DNA from: Clostridia bacterium
Lineage (GTDB): Bacteria > Bacillota > Clostridia > Christensenellales > Borkfalkiaceae
Assembly (NCBI GenBank): GCA_017398825.1
Contig: JAFQEV010000053.1
Coordinates: forward strand, 4,843 to 68,842
Length of the DNA stretch: 64,000 nt
Direction of reading: 5' to 3'
Positions 27,980 through 37,574 of this stretch are shown here, piece by piece (the first letter of the stretch is position 1; every line of letters starts with the position of its first letter). The position numbers and the translations under genes were made by a program. The notes beneath the pieces were generated by a model. It was given only the letters and a program-made list of their open reading frames with translations, was not told the DNA's origin and searched no databases.

Positions 27980-30900
27980 TTATTCTGCCTCAGTTCCGAT
28001 AGTAAAGTTTGAGGTTGACGCAATCAAAGTTGCATCGTCTGAACTATCGCCGTTAACAGTACCCGTAAAGGTGTAGTAATTGATTGACGAAGAGCCGTTA
28101 TCAGTACTTACTGAGCCGAATAATCCACCAACCGTCTCAGAGCCGGAAACGTTTGCCGAACAATGAATTTCGTTCATGGTAACTAATATGCTACCGTTGT
28201 TTCCACTGCCCCAAGTGTTAACGTAAACGTCACCAGCAATACCGCCTACAGCATCGTTGCCGTTAACAGCTCCGCTGTTATTAACGTTAGTAAATGCAAC
28301 GGTGTAAGAACCGCCGTTATATGCATTATCCCAGCCGTTGTACACTCTACCTAATATACCGCCTACGTAATCTTTACCCATTACCGAACCCATGTTAGTG
28401 AGGTTGATAAAGGAATAAGATCCCGTACTTGATACGTCGCCAACTAAACCGCCAACGTAGTTTGCGTTACGTGCAGTAACGTCACCAACGTTTTCACACT
28501 CTTCAATCGAATGAGTAAGTCTACCTGCAATACCGCCTACGTACGAACCGTTTTTGGAGTATGCAATAGAAACTGCGTTATCGCACTTTTCAACGTAATA
28601 GCCGTGACCTACGTAACCGCCTACGTAACCGTAGTAATTAGTACCGTCAATTATCACGCCCGTTGCAACTATGCTACTGTTAACGTTGTAGCACTCGATA
28701 AGCATAACGTTTTGTAACCTACCTGCTAAACCGCCAACATACGCCTCGCCGGTAATCGTTGCCGAGCTCGTGCTCGCCTCGATTGAGGAACTACCCGTAT
28801 CGGAGTATGCATCGCCTACTAAACCGCCTACGTAATTAACGCCAGTTATATCACCCGTGTTGTTGAGTGCGCTTGCGCTGATAAGTACACTGCCGTTATT
28901 ACCACTACCCCAAGTGCTTGCACTTATGTTGCCGATAATACCGCCTACTTGAATTCCACCCTCAACGTCACCGCTGTTAGTTGCGTTTATTACCTTAACG
29001 CTGTAAGAACCGCCGTTATAACCGTTATCCCAGCCGTTGTAAACTTCGCCGATAACGCCACCAACGTAATCCTTACCGGTAACGTCACCAGAGTTGTTAA
29101 GAGTATTGAACTCGTACGAGCCGGTGCAGTTAACTAAGCCTACTAAACCACCAACGTAGTTGGAGTTTGTTGCCGTAACGTTTGCGGTGTTGGTGGACTT
29201 GGTAATAGCATTGTCAAGCCTACCTGCGATACCGCCTACGTAAATGCCGTTCTTAGCGTAATTAATTTCAACTGCGTTGTCACAGCCCTCTACGTAATAT
29301 CCGTGACCTACGTAACCACCTACGTAGCCGTAATAAGTAGTTCCGTCTAAAATATATCCCGTTGCGGTTACCGTTGAACCCTCGTTAGAGGAATCGATAA
29401 GCTTAACGTTTTCAAGCCTACCTGCTAAACCGCCTACGCGCGCATCAGCAGTAATATCTGCCGTGCTCGTACTACCGGTAATCGATGAACCGCCGTTATC
29501 CGAATATGCTCTACCGAATAAACCGCCGACGTAAGTAGTACCTTGAACGTCACCATCGTTATTTAAAACGTTCACGTTAACGATTACGCTACCGTTATTA
29601 CCGCTACCCCAAGTGCTTGCGCTGAGGTTGCCCATAATACCGCCTACGTAATTTTGACCAACTACAGCACCGTTGTTAGTGAGGTTGATTACCTTTAAGG
29701 TGTGAACGGTGGTGTTATAAGCTTGATCCCAACCGTTGCTGAGCTCGCCTATAATACCGCCTACGTAATCTTTACCCTCAACGTCACCGCTGTTAGTGAG
29801 GACAGCTACGTCATATCCGCCGTTGTAGTTGAGTAAACCTACCAAACCGCCAACGTAGCTTGCGTTCTTTGCAGTTACGTTTCCGGTGTTAGTTACGTTC
29901 TTTAAGGTGTTTGCAAGTCTACCTGCAATACCACCTACGTAAATACCCTTTTCAAGATATCTAACGTTTACGTCGTTATCGCAATCTTCAACGTAGTAGC
30001 CGTAGCCTACGTAACCGCCGATGTAACCGTAATAAGTAGTTCCGTCTAAGGTGTAACCCTCGGCTATCAATATCGTGCCTGCGTTAGAACAGGTTATAAG
30101 GCTTACGTTTTCAAGCCTACCTGCCAAGCCGCCTACGTACGAATCAGCAGTAATAGTCGCCGCACTTTGAGAGTTGGTAATAGAAGAAGTACCCGTATCG
30201 GAATATGCATATCCGATAAGTCCGCCTACGTGAGTAGTACCAGTAACGTCACCGCCGTTTGCAAAACTCGTTATAGTGAGCGTTACGCTACCGTTAGAAC
30301 CACTGCCACTCGTGTAAGTGGTAACGTAGCCGATAATACCGCCGACGTATCCTTCACCGCTAACCTTTCCGCTGTTAGTTGCATTGCCAAGCTTAAAGGT
30401 GTGACCAGCGCTGTTATAGCCTTGCGACCAAGTGTTAGAGATAAAGCCGTAGATACCGCCTACTCTATCACCGCCTTCAACCTCGCCTTCGTTTACAAGC
30501 TTAGCCATTAACGCCATATCGCCGGACTTGCTGAACAAGCCGATGATACCGCCGGTTGCATAATCGCCGATTACTTTACCGTAGTTGTAAAGATCGCTAA
30601 ATCCGGTAGCAGTAGCGTAACCGATGATACCGCCACCGTATCTCTTAATAGAAATAGTACCGTAGTTTTCAGCGTTCGTTATCGAACCTCCATTAAACTG
30701 ACCTGCTATACCGCCTGCGGAAACGTTTTCCTCATAGGTTGCAGTAGTTACGTTTGCAAAGTTCGAACAGTTGGTAATCGTACCCGTGGAGTAACCTACC
30801 AAACCGCCTATTCTACAGAAATCGCCTTTCACCTCACCCGAAACTTTAACGTTTTCAAGCGTGCCGGTGAGTTCTGCACACACACCGCCTACGTATACGG

Positions 30901-33097
30901 AATTATAAGAGGTGCTTATAATGCTTACGTTCTCGAACGTAACTTCCTTTATAGTTCCGGAAACCTTGGAGAATATTCCGAGGTTGTTAGCGGAGGTCGT
31001 TAAAGTAAAGTTTTTAATCGCAAGCCCGTTACCGAGGAAAGTTCCCTTGAATTCAAAGGGTACCCACTCGCCGTCAAAATCGCTCATATCAACGTCTGCT
31101 ACTAAAACGTAATTTGCAGACGGATTATCCTTCATTGCCATAAACGACGCGCCGTCGTAAACGAAAATGCTGTTGGGGTCTTCTTCGTAAAGGTATGCGT
31201 AAACGGTAATATCCGTAGTGTATTTCCAAGCGGAAACGCCCTTGCCCTCGCCGTTGGTAATTACCTTGTTGTTGTATTTCCAACCGATAAACCTATATCC
31301 GTCACGCGATGCAACGGGGAGCTCGAAGGTAGAACCGTATTCAACCTCAACGCTCGTTTCGTCACAAGTTACGCCGTCACCAGCAACAAGGGTTACCGTG
31401 TAAACGATAGGTTCGTACAAGAGGTCGATAGTCATGTGGCTATCACCCATAGTAAAGTTGTACTCAAGCTCAGTTTCCTTAACGTCACCGTCTACTGACC
31501 AGCCGTTGAATTTGTATCCCTCGTTTAAGGTTGCGGTGAGCGTAACGTCGTCACCCTCTAAATAATACTCTTCAACCTCAACCGAACCCGCAGCCTCGAT
31601 GCTTACGTTAACGGTGATGTGTAATTTTTGTTTGTAGTGAGCGTAAAGCTGAATTTCATCTGCATCGAACTCTAACGGAGCAAGGCTTTCACCGTCAGCC
31701 TCGGTAATCTTGTTAGCGCCCTCGTCTTGCCCGTCAAACCAGCCTAAGAAAATATATTCCGTGTAAATGGGAATGGGCAAGGTGTAGTCTTCGCCGTATC
31801 TAATGAACTTAAAGCTCGGAGATACGAAACCGCCACCGCCGTTGAGCACGAGCTTTTTGCTCTCGCCTATGTATTTTGCGTACAAGTTTTCAACGCCGTA
31901 CGTTCCCTCCTCGATAGAGGTGTAGGGAATTCCGCTGAAATCTTCCTCTGCGTACCAGTTAACGAAGGTGTAGTTGTTCTTCTCAGGCTTGGGAAGTTCA
32001 ACCGAATCTTCAATGGTGTAATCAAAGGTCGTTTCAGAACAAGTACCGCCGTTGGTGTGGAGAGTTAAGGTGTAAGTCACCATATCCCACCTTGCAAAGA
32101 ACTCGGTGTACGCGCCCGTGTAGTAAACTTTATCAATGGGAGTGCCCGTCAATAACTCGTTGTTGTACCAGCCCATAAATTGATAGCCGGGCTTGGTATC
32201 GAGAGCTTCGGGAACGTACGGTTCGTCTTCATATACCCTATATTCAACGGGGTCTTCACTAACCATATCGTAGAAGGTGAGAACTTTATATCTCTTCCAG
32301 AACGCATAAAGCCTTACGTCACCTGTAATCTTGCCCTCAAACTCAATAAACCTGCTAGTCGAGGTCGACCAACCGATAAGTTCCTTCTTTCCATCGTCTA
32401 CCGTCGGGAAAGTAGTAGTATCAACTTCAGAGCCGTAGGGAACGTCAACGGAATCTTCTCTATAAGTGCCGTCGTTATAATCGAACGTGATGGTGTACTT
32501 TTTAACCTCGTACTCGGCAACTAAACTAACCTTGCCGTCGTTTGATATCTCGTAATTAGTGTCGTTAAACACCATTTTATCGGATAAAACCATCGCTCCG
32601 TTAGAAATTTGAACGCCGTCACAGTACCAGCCCTTAAAGTCAAAACCCTGAAGCGACGCTTCAGGCATAAGAGTAACGTTAGTGTTGTACGTAACGTTCA
32701 TAACGTTTTCAGTTGTAGAAAGCGTGCCCTCGCCCGCGTCAAATTCAAACGTGTAGGTAGCGGGCAACCAGTGCATATACAAGGTGATATCCCTGTCAAA
32801 CACTACCGTGCTAACGCCCCTCTCGTCAATAATCTCATTGCCTTCGCCGTTGGGTAAATCGTACATACCCATAAATACGAAGTGCTTGCGCTTAGGAAGA
32901 GTTGCAAAGGTGAACGGGTCACCCTTGTTAACCGTCATCGTAAGCGGTGCGCTACTCTCGTATCTGTAATACGTTATGGTAACCTCGTCTGTAGTGCCAC
33001 CCTCGTCATCCTTACAACCAACGAGCGTCGCCGTGAATAACGAGCAGACGAGCATTACCGCGATAATTAATAAAAGCCTAAACTTTTTCACTTTCAA
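27980..33097 (-). CDS. 1705-aa surface lipoprotein: N-terminal Flg_new repeats plus a C-terminal array of GLUG-type (VGGLxG/IGGIAG) repeats
   Basis: Lipobox LFTATLVGC. GxxFxGW modules occupy residues about 30-640, followed by dozens of YVGG(I/L)(I/V/A)G motifs. The TTG start lies 5 nt after GAGGAGG and directly follows the upstream stop. Confidence 0.8.
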   Translation of the reverse strand: MKVKKFRLLLIIAVMLVCSLFTATLVGCKDDEGGTTDEVTITYYRYESSAPLTMTVNKGDPFTFATLPKRKHFVFMGMYDLPNGEGNEIIDERGVSTVVFDRDITLYMHWLPATYTFEFDAGEGTLSTTENVMNVTYNTNVTLMPEASLQGFDFKGWYCDGVQISNGAMVLSDKMVFNDTNYEISNDGKVSLVAEYEVKKYTITFDYNDGTYREDSVDVPYGSEVDTTTFPTVDDGKKELIGWSTSTSRFIEFEGKITGDVRLYAFWKRYKVLTFYDMVSEDPVEYRVYEDEPYVPEALDTKPGYQFMGWYNNELLTGTPIDKVYYTGAYTEFFARWDMVTYTLTLHTNGGTCSETTFDYTIEDSVELPKPEKNNYTFVNWYAEEDFSGIPYTSIEEGTYGVENLYAKYIGESKKLVLNGGGGFVSPSFKFIRYGEDYTLPIPIYTEYIFLGWFDGQDEGANKITEADGESLAPLEFDADEIQLYAHYKQKLHITVNVSIEAAGSVEVEEYYLEGDDVTLTATLNEGYKFNGWSVDGDVKETELEYNFTMGDSHMTIDLLYEPIVYTVTLVAGDGVTCDETSVEVEYGSTFELPVASRDGYRFIGWKYNNKVITNGEGKGVSAWKYTTDITVYAYLYEEDPNSIFVYDGASFMAMKDNPSANYVLVADVDMSDFDGEWVPFEFKGTFLGNGLAIKNFTLTTSANNLGIFSKVSGTIKEVTFENVSIISTSYNSVYVGGVCAELTGTLENVKVSGEVKGDFCRIGGLVGYSTGTITNCSNFANVTTATYEENVSAGGIAGQFNGGSITNAENYGTISIKRYGGGIIGYATATGFSDLYNYGKVIGDYATGGIIGLFSKSGDMALMAKLVNEGEVEGGDRVGGIYGFISNTWSQGYNSAGHTFKLGNATNSGKVSGEGYVGGIIGYVTTYTSGSGSNGSVTLTITSFANGGDVTGTTHVGGLIGYAYSDTGTSSITNSQSAATITADSYVGGLAGRLENVSLITCSNAGTILIAEGYTLDGTTYYGYIGGYVGYGYYVEDCDNDVNVRYLEKGIYVGGIAGRLANTLKNVTNTGNVTAKNASYVGGLVGLLNYNGGYDVAVLTNSGDVEGKDYVGGIIGELSNGWDQAYNTTVHTLKVINLTNNGAVVGQNYVGGIMGNLSASTWGSGNNGSVIVNVNVLNNDGDVQGTTYVGGLFGRAYSDNGGSSITGSTSTADITADARVGGLAGRLENVKLIDSSNEGSTVTATGYILDGTTYYGYVGGYVGHGYYVEGCDNAVEINYAKNGIYVGGIAGRLDNAITKSTNTANVTATNSNYVGGLVGLVNCTGSYEFNTLNNSGDVTGKDYVGGVIGEVYNGWDNGYNGGSYSVKVINATNSGDVEGGIQVGGIIGNISASTWGSGNNGSVLISASALNNTGDITGVNYVGGLVGDAYSDTGSSSIEASTSSATITGEAYVGGLAGRLQNVMLIECYNVNSSIVATGVIIDGTNYYGYVGGYVGHGYYVEKCDNAVSIAYSKNGSYVGGIAGRLTHSIEECENVGDVTARNANYVGGLVGDVSSTGSYSFINLTNMGSVMGKDYVGGILGRVYNGWDNAYNGGSYTVAFTNVNNSGAVNGNDAVGGIAGDVYVNTWGSGNNGSILVTMNEIHCSANVSGSETVGGLFGSVSTDNGSSSINYYTFTGTVNGDSSDDATLIASTSNFTIGTEAE
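28030..30520 (-). repeat. Intragenic tandem repeat, about 3.5 copies of 699 bp (233 aa)
   Basis: The landmark CTACCTGC(A/G)ATACC(G/A)CCTACGTA recurs at 28521, 29220 and 29919, an exact 699-bp period. Copies are roughly 80% identical by eye. Confidence 0.8.
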
Positions 33098-33607
33098 TTA
33101 AACCTCCTCGAATAAAGCGTATAACGTTACGTTCTTCGTTACGCGCTTGAGCGAATAGCCACCTGCACTAACGTATTGATTGCCACCGTACGGGTTATCG
33201 AACAAACCGATAAACTTGTAACCCTCTTTCTGAGTGTACGGAGGTAACGTAATATCTTTAGGTGCGTCTTTCTCATAATAGAGATAATCGTCAGTCCTAT
33301 CAGTCCCTAAACTTCCGAAAATATACCAGTTAAGGTCCTCGCGAATTTTAAGGGTGGCCGTTTGATTAGGATTAGATTCGTAATCACAGTAAATGGTTAC
33401 GGTGTGGGTGAATTCTTCAGCCTGCTCGTAAATGTAATCTTCCTTCATATCTCCGAACTTATTACCGCCGATTAAACCGCCGAGGAAGAAACCTGCGAAC
33501 GCAAGCCAGATAGGCAAGGTGTAAAATAAACCTTTAAGTGCGAGCTTGCCAAGTTTGACAGCGCCGATAAAGCCGTAGTAAATAACAAGACCTAAACAAC
33601 TCCACAT
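33098..33607 (-). CDS. Small membrane-anchored protein with one Flg_new-type repeat
   Basis: N-terminal TM helices and C-terminal GYKFIGLFDNPYGGNQYV...VTLYALF. The start is preferred at ATG 33607 (GGAGGG 9 nt upstream). Confidence 0.65.
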   Translation of the reverse strand: MWSCLGLVIYYGFIGAVKLGKLALKGLFYTLPIWLAFAGFFLGGLIGGNKFGDMKEDYIYEQAEEFTHTVTIYCDYESNPNQTATLKIREDLNWYIFGSLGTDRTDDYLYYEKDAPKDITLPPYTQKEGYKFIGLFDNPYGGNQYVSAGGYSLKRVTKNVTLYALFEEV

Positions 33608-33611
33608 ATCC

Positions 33612-34004
33612 TTAGCCCTCCAAGTTCTCGTCAATAAATATCGGATACAAAACTATATCGCCCGTAATTGCGATAACGCCCTTACCCATACTGTCAACGT
33701 ACATTTGCGCACCCATCTCATCGTATTCGGGGGTGTTGTAGAAACCTGCGAAAATAAACCCTTCTTTCGAGGGAATAGCCGAGCTGTTTACGTTAAAGTA
33801 GTCACCACTTTCAACAAGGTCGTACTTAACTGCAGCGTCATCTTCATCGCTAACGAAATATCTAACGGAATACACGTCGTCAAAACCTTCGATGCGCTTT
33901 TTCTCTTTATTCCTGATAGAGCAGTTGCCTATGCCTGCAACCGCGAACATGATGATTGCAAGTAAAAAGCTAACGACAACGCCTATAATGTAATAAGCCT
34001 TCAT
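33612..34004 (-). CDS. Small membrane-anchored protein with one Flg_new-type repeat
   Basis: N-terminal TM YYIIGVVVSFLLAIIMFAVAGIG and C-terminal GFIFAGFYNTPEYD...IVLYPIF. RBS is GAGGTG. Confidence 0.65.
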   Translation of the reverse strand: MKAYYIIGVVVSFLLAIIMFAVAGIGNCSIRNKEKKRIEGFDDVYSVRYFVSDEDDAAVKYDLVESGDYFNVNSSAIPSKEGFIFAGFYNTPEYDEMGAQMYVDSMGKGVIAITGDIVLYPIFIDENLEG

Positions 34005-34098
34005 AATATCAGCACCTCATAAAATAATCTTTCAAAATTCGTAAAAAGCTTACCGTTTTACACCCGATAACTTGTTATCGGAAAACAGTTGTATTTTT

Positions 34099-34127
34099 AT
34101 AATATCACCTTTTAATCACAAAAGCAA
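34099..34127 (-). promoter_or_regulatory. Candidate sigma-A type promoter of the surface-protein operon (TTGCTT-17-TATTAT)
   Basis: Read on the minus strand, about 95 nt upstream of the ATG at 34004. Confidence 0.35.
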
Positions 34128-34270
34128 CTAATTTGAATATTATTTTTACTATAGTAAAAAGGGCTCGTTTTCACGCGAAGTGCAAGCCTTTTCGTATATT
34201 ATATGCTCAAAACCCTCGGTAAAATGCGGTTTTTTGCGACCTTTCACACCCTTTAACGATAATTTTCGCA

Positions 34271-34302
34271 ATAAAAAACCCGTGAAAATTTTTTCACGGT
34301 TA
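34271..34302 (-). terminator. Intrinsic terminator of sigG
   Basis: AACCGTGAAAA/TTTTCACGGTT stem followed by a T-run on the minus strand. Confidence 0.7.
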
Positions 34303-34321
34303 AAAAAATATTTTTTAATTT

Positions 34322-35098
34322 TTAATACGACATCTTCACCTTGAGCACCTTAAGCGCTGTTTTTTCAAGGCGAGATACCTGCGCTTGAGATAGCCCAACC
34401 TCCGAGCTTATCTCCGTTTGGGTTTTCCCTTCAAAATACCTCATATACAAGATTTTTTGCTCCCTTTCTCCAAGTTTTTCTATCGCGCACCTGAGAGCAA
34501 CGCTCTCAGTCCAACGCTCGTCACACTCCTTTTGGTCGGAAATTTGATCCATGAGATAAAGCTCCTCACCCTCTTTGGAATAGACGGGGTCGTAAAGGGA
34601 AACGGGGTCGGAAATAGCATCGAGCGCGTACACCACCTCGCTCTCTGCAATGGCAAGTTCCTTGGCTATGGCGGAGGGAGTTGCCAAAACGTCCTTTCGC
34701 TCGAGTTCACCGCGCGTTTTTAAAACTTGATACGCAGTATCCCTTATCGAACGCGAAACCCTCAAGCTGTTGTTCGTTCGTATAATTCTCTTAATCTCAC
34801 CTATAATCATAGGAACTGCGTAGGTTGAAAAGGTAACCCCAAAAGACGCGTCGAAATTATCCACCGCCTTTATAAGCCCCACACAACCTGCCTGAAACAT
34901 ATCGTCCTTTGAAATTTTTACGCTCGGAAATCTTTTTATTATAGAAAGCACCAGCCTAACGTTTGCCGTTATAAACTTTCTTTTTGCACTCTCGTCGCCC
35001 AAAGCGATGAGGGATAAAAGCCTACTGCTCTCGCTCTTATCGAGGCGAGGTAGCATAGCGGTGTCAACACCGCAAATTACAACTTTTTGGTCAATCAT
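34322..35098 (-). CDS. sigG: Sporulation sigma factor, SigG-like
   Basis: N-terminal VVICGVDTAMLPRL (the SigG hallmark VEICGVDTSKLP). Region 2 reads FQAGCVGLIKAVDNFD...FSTYAVPMIIGEIKR, and region 4 is an HTH. There is no pro-sequence. Confidence 0.75.
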   Translation of the reverse strand: MIDQKVVICGVDTAMLPRLDKSESSRLLSLIALGDESAKRKFITANVRLVLSIIKRFPSVKISKDDMFQAGCVGLIKAVDNFDASFGVTFSTYAVPMIIGEIKRIIRTNNSLRVSRSIRDTAYQVLKTRGELERKDVLATPSAIAKELAIAESEVVYALDAISDPVSLYDPVYSKEGEELYLMDQISDQKECDERWTESVALRCAIEKLGEREQKILYMRYFEGKTQTEISSEVGLSQAQVSRLEKTALKVLKVKMSY

Positions 35099-35304
35099 AA
35101 TACCCCCTATGTACCGCTGTTTAGGGGTGTATTGTTAAGTTTACCCCACTTGAAAATTTTTATGCAGTTTAGCGCGGTAAAAATTTTCGCTTGCAAAACG
35201 TGCGATAATTAGGAAAATATTGTCGATTTTAACAAGTTATCAACATAAGTTTTCAACATTGTTAATAACTTGACTTTATCGCTAACGAGTGTTACAATAG
35301 CCGT

Positions 35305-36000
35305 ATGGAAAAATGGATAGACCGCTCGGCTAAGCTTTACGGCGAAAAGGGCGTTGAAAATTTAAAAAACGCGAGCGTTTTAGTGTTCGGCGCGGGCGGT
35401 GTTGGCAGTTACGCTATCGAGGCGCTTGCCCGTAGTGGAATAGGCTCGATTACCGTTGTTGACGGGGACGAGTATTCACTTACTAATATAAACCGCCAGC
35501 TCTACGCCACCCTCGATACCCTCGGCAAAAAGAAGGTGGACGTTTGCGCTAAGAGAATAAAATCTATAAACCCCGATTGCAAAGCAATCGCGATAGATAA
35601 ATTCGTGCTTGAAGAAGATATTTCAGCACTTGATTTTTCGCCCTACTCTTTCGTCATTGACGCGATAGATACCGTGAGCGCAAAGCTCGCCATCATCTTA
35701 AAGGCAAAAGCTCAAAACGTTCCCGTGATATCGTGCATGGGCACGGGAAATAAAAAAGACCCCACTCTTTTTAAGGTGGAGGATATCTATAAAACTAAGG
35801 TGTGCCCTCTTTGCAAGGTTATGAGAAAACTTTTGAAAGATAAAGGCGTTGAAAACCTAACCGTAGTTTATTCGGAAGAAGAGCCGATTAAAAGGGGTGA
35901 TAGGACGCCTGCGAGCAACTCTTTTACACCCGCTGTTGCAGGCTTGATTTTAGCGGGGCACGTAATTAATAATTTAGTAGGAGAAAACGATTGTGACTAA
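35305..36000 (+). CDS. tcdA: tRNA threonylcarbamoyladenosine dehydratase (ThiF/E1-like)
   Basis: Rossmann motif VFGAGGVGSY, NRQ motif, and a length of about 230 aa. Confidence 0.8.
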   Translation: MEKWIDRSAKLYGEKGVENLKNASVLVFGAGGVGSYAIEALARSGIGSITVVDGDEYSLTNINRQLYATLDTLGKKKVDVCAKRIKSINPDCKAIAIDKFVLEEDISALDFSPYSFVIDAIDTVSAKLAIILKAKAQNVPVISCMGTGNKKDPTLFKVEDIYKTKVCPLCKVMRKLLKDKGVENLTVVYSEEEPIKRGDRTPASNSFTPAVAGLILAGHVINNLVGENDCD

Positions 36001-36436
36001 GCGTGAAATAGGAGAAAATTACTTTAAAAGCGGTTATAACTGCGCGCAAGCGGTTGCGCTCACTTTTGCAGGTGAAATGGGATTAGAAAAAGACCTCGTT
36101 GCCAAAATGATTTCCGGCTTTGGCGGTGGCTTTGGTAGAATGCGCGAGGTGTGCGGTGCGGTGTCCGGCATGGTGTTCGTTCTCAGCACTCTCGAGGGGC
36201 AATTCGACCCTGCTGACAGCGAGGGGAAAATTGCAACCTATCAAAAAGTTCAAGCACTTATGAAAGAGTTTAAAGAGCAAAACGGCTCGTATATTTGCCG
36301 TGAACTTTTATCTCTGCCCGAGGGCAACAGCGAGCCCGTTCCCGAAAAGAGAACGGAAACGTACTACAAAAAACGCCCTTGTGCAAACTTGGTTGGCAAC
36401 GCGTGCGAAATACTTGAAAAGTATTTGAGTAAATAA
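35993..36436 (+). CDS. C_GCAxxG_C_C family protein
   Basis: GYNCAQAV signature near the N-terminus and conserved Cys residues downstream. Confidence 0.75.
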   Translation: MTKREIGENYFKSGYNCAQAVALTFAGEMGLEKDLVAKMISGFGGGFGRMREVCGAVSGMVFVLSTLEGQFDPADSEGKIATYQKVQALMKEFKEQNGSYICRELLSLPEGNSEPVPEKRTETYYKKRPCANLVGNACEILEKYLSK

Positions 36437-36441
36437 AATTT

Positions 36442-36475
36442 AAAACCCCGTGGAGTTCCACGGGGTTATTTTTAT
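36442..36475. terminator. Bidirectional terminator between convergent genes
   Basis: AACCCCGTGG-AGTT-CCACGGGGTT flanked by A- and T-rich runs. Confidence 0.75.
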
Positions 36476-36487
36476 AGTTTACTGTTT

Positions 36488-37570
36488 TTAACAGCAAAGC
36501 GCGTTCATCTTATCTAAGATTTTCTCCATATCGGCAACGAGCTTTAACTGAGTTCTCGCCCTATCTAAGTTTTGCCCCTCGCGGTGAGTTCTAAAATAAG
36601 TATCACCAGAGAGATAATCGGCTAAAAATCTCATTCCGCACTCAATAGTCATAAGAATTGAGCCAAAGGCAAGGTTTTGCTTTTCGATATCGGAAATTCT
36701 ATCGCCGAGCGCCTCTAAAAAGCCCTTTAAGTAAATTTCGTAAAGGTCAAAGCGGAAATTTACCTTAGATAAATCTCTCTCGTCCTCTTCGCAAGGATTA
36801 CAGCCAAATCTAATGCTATCGCCAAAGTCGTAGCAAATGCTACCAGGCATGATAGTATCAAGGTCGATAACGGCTACCGGCTCACCGCTTTTATCGTCGA
36901 GTAAAACGTTGTTGAGCTTAGTGTCGTTATGGGTAACTTTTAACGGCATTTCACCGCTTGCTAAAAGGTCTACTATCTTGCCGTAATAACTCTCTCTTGA
37001 CTTTATAAAGTCAATTTCCGCCTGACAATCCTTTGCCCTGCCGAATTTATCCTCGGAAAGAGCAGTTAAAAAATCGTTATATCTCTTTTTGGTATCGTGG
37101 AAACGAGGGAGTATCTCGTAAAGCTTGCTCGCGTCAAATTCTGCTAAGAGATTGTTAAAATTGCCAAACGCCACGGCGCTGTAATAAAAGTCCATAGGGT
37201 TTTGAACGGTTTGATACGCCACGGTATTTTCTATGAAAATATACACCCTAAAATAACTGTCTTCGTCCATTTTGTAAAAGGAATTTCCCTCAGCGGTGTA
37301 AACGATGGTCAAACTCTCTCTATCGGGGTCTCCACCGCGCTCAGCTATCTTTTTGCGGTTAAACTCAGTTACGAGTTCAATGTTTTGCATAAGCTTTTCA
37401 ACGGGGTCGAAAAGCTTGTGGTTGATTTTTTGAAGAATATAGCGCTTAACCTTTCCACCCTCGTTAAAAACGGCTAAAAAGGTTTGGTTAATGTGCCCGT
37501 TTCCATACGGCTCGCAGGATACGAATTCACCCTCGATTTTAAAGTTTTTTAATACTTTTTCAAAATTCAT
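36488..37570 (-). CDS. nahK: N-acetylhexosamine 1-kinase (NahK/LnpB-like APH-fold kinase)
   Basis: Long colinear match to my recollection of Bifidobacterium NahK: EPYGNGHIN, FDASKL...FHDT, VTHNDTKLNNVLLD, IDLDTIMPGS, ECGMRFLADYL. Confidence 0.85.
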   Translation of the reverse strand: MNFEKVLKNFKIEGEFVSCEPYGNGHINQTFLAVFNEGGKVKRYILQKINHKLFDPVEKLMQNIELVTEFNRKKIAERGGDPDRESLTIVYTAEGNSFYKMDEDSYFRVYIFIENTVAYQTVQNPMDFYYSAVAFGNFNNLLAEFDASKLYEILPRFHDTKKRYNDFLTALSEDKFGRAKDCQAEIDFIKSRESYYGKIVDLLASGEMPLKVTHNDTKLNNVLLDDKSGEPVAVIDLDTIMPGSICYDFGDSIRFGCNPCEEDERDLSKVNFRFDLYEIYLKGFLEALGDRISDIEKQNLAFGSILMTIECGMRFLADYLSGDTYFRTHREGQNLDRARTQLKLVADMEKILDKMNALCC

Positions 37571-37574
37571 AAAT

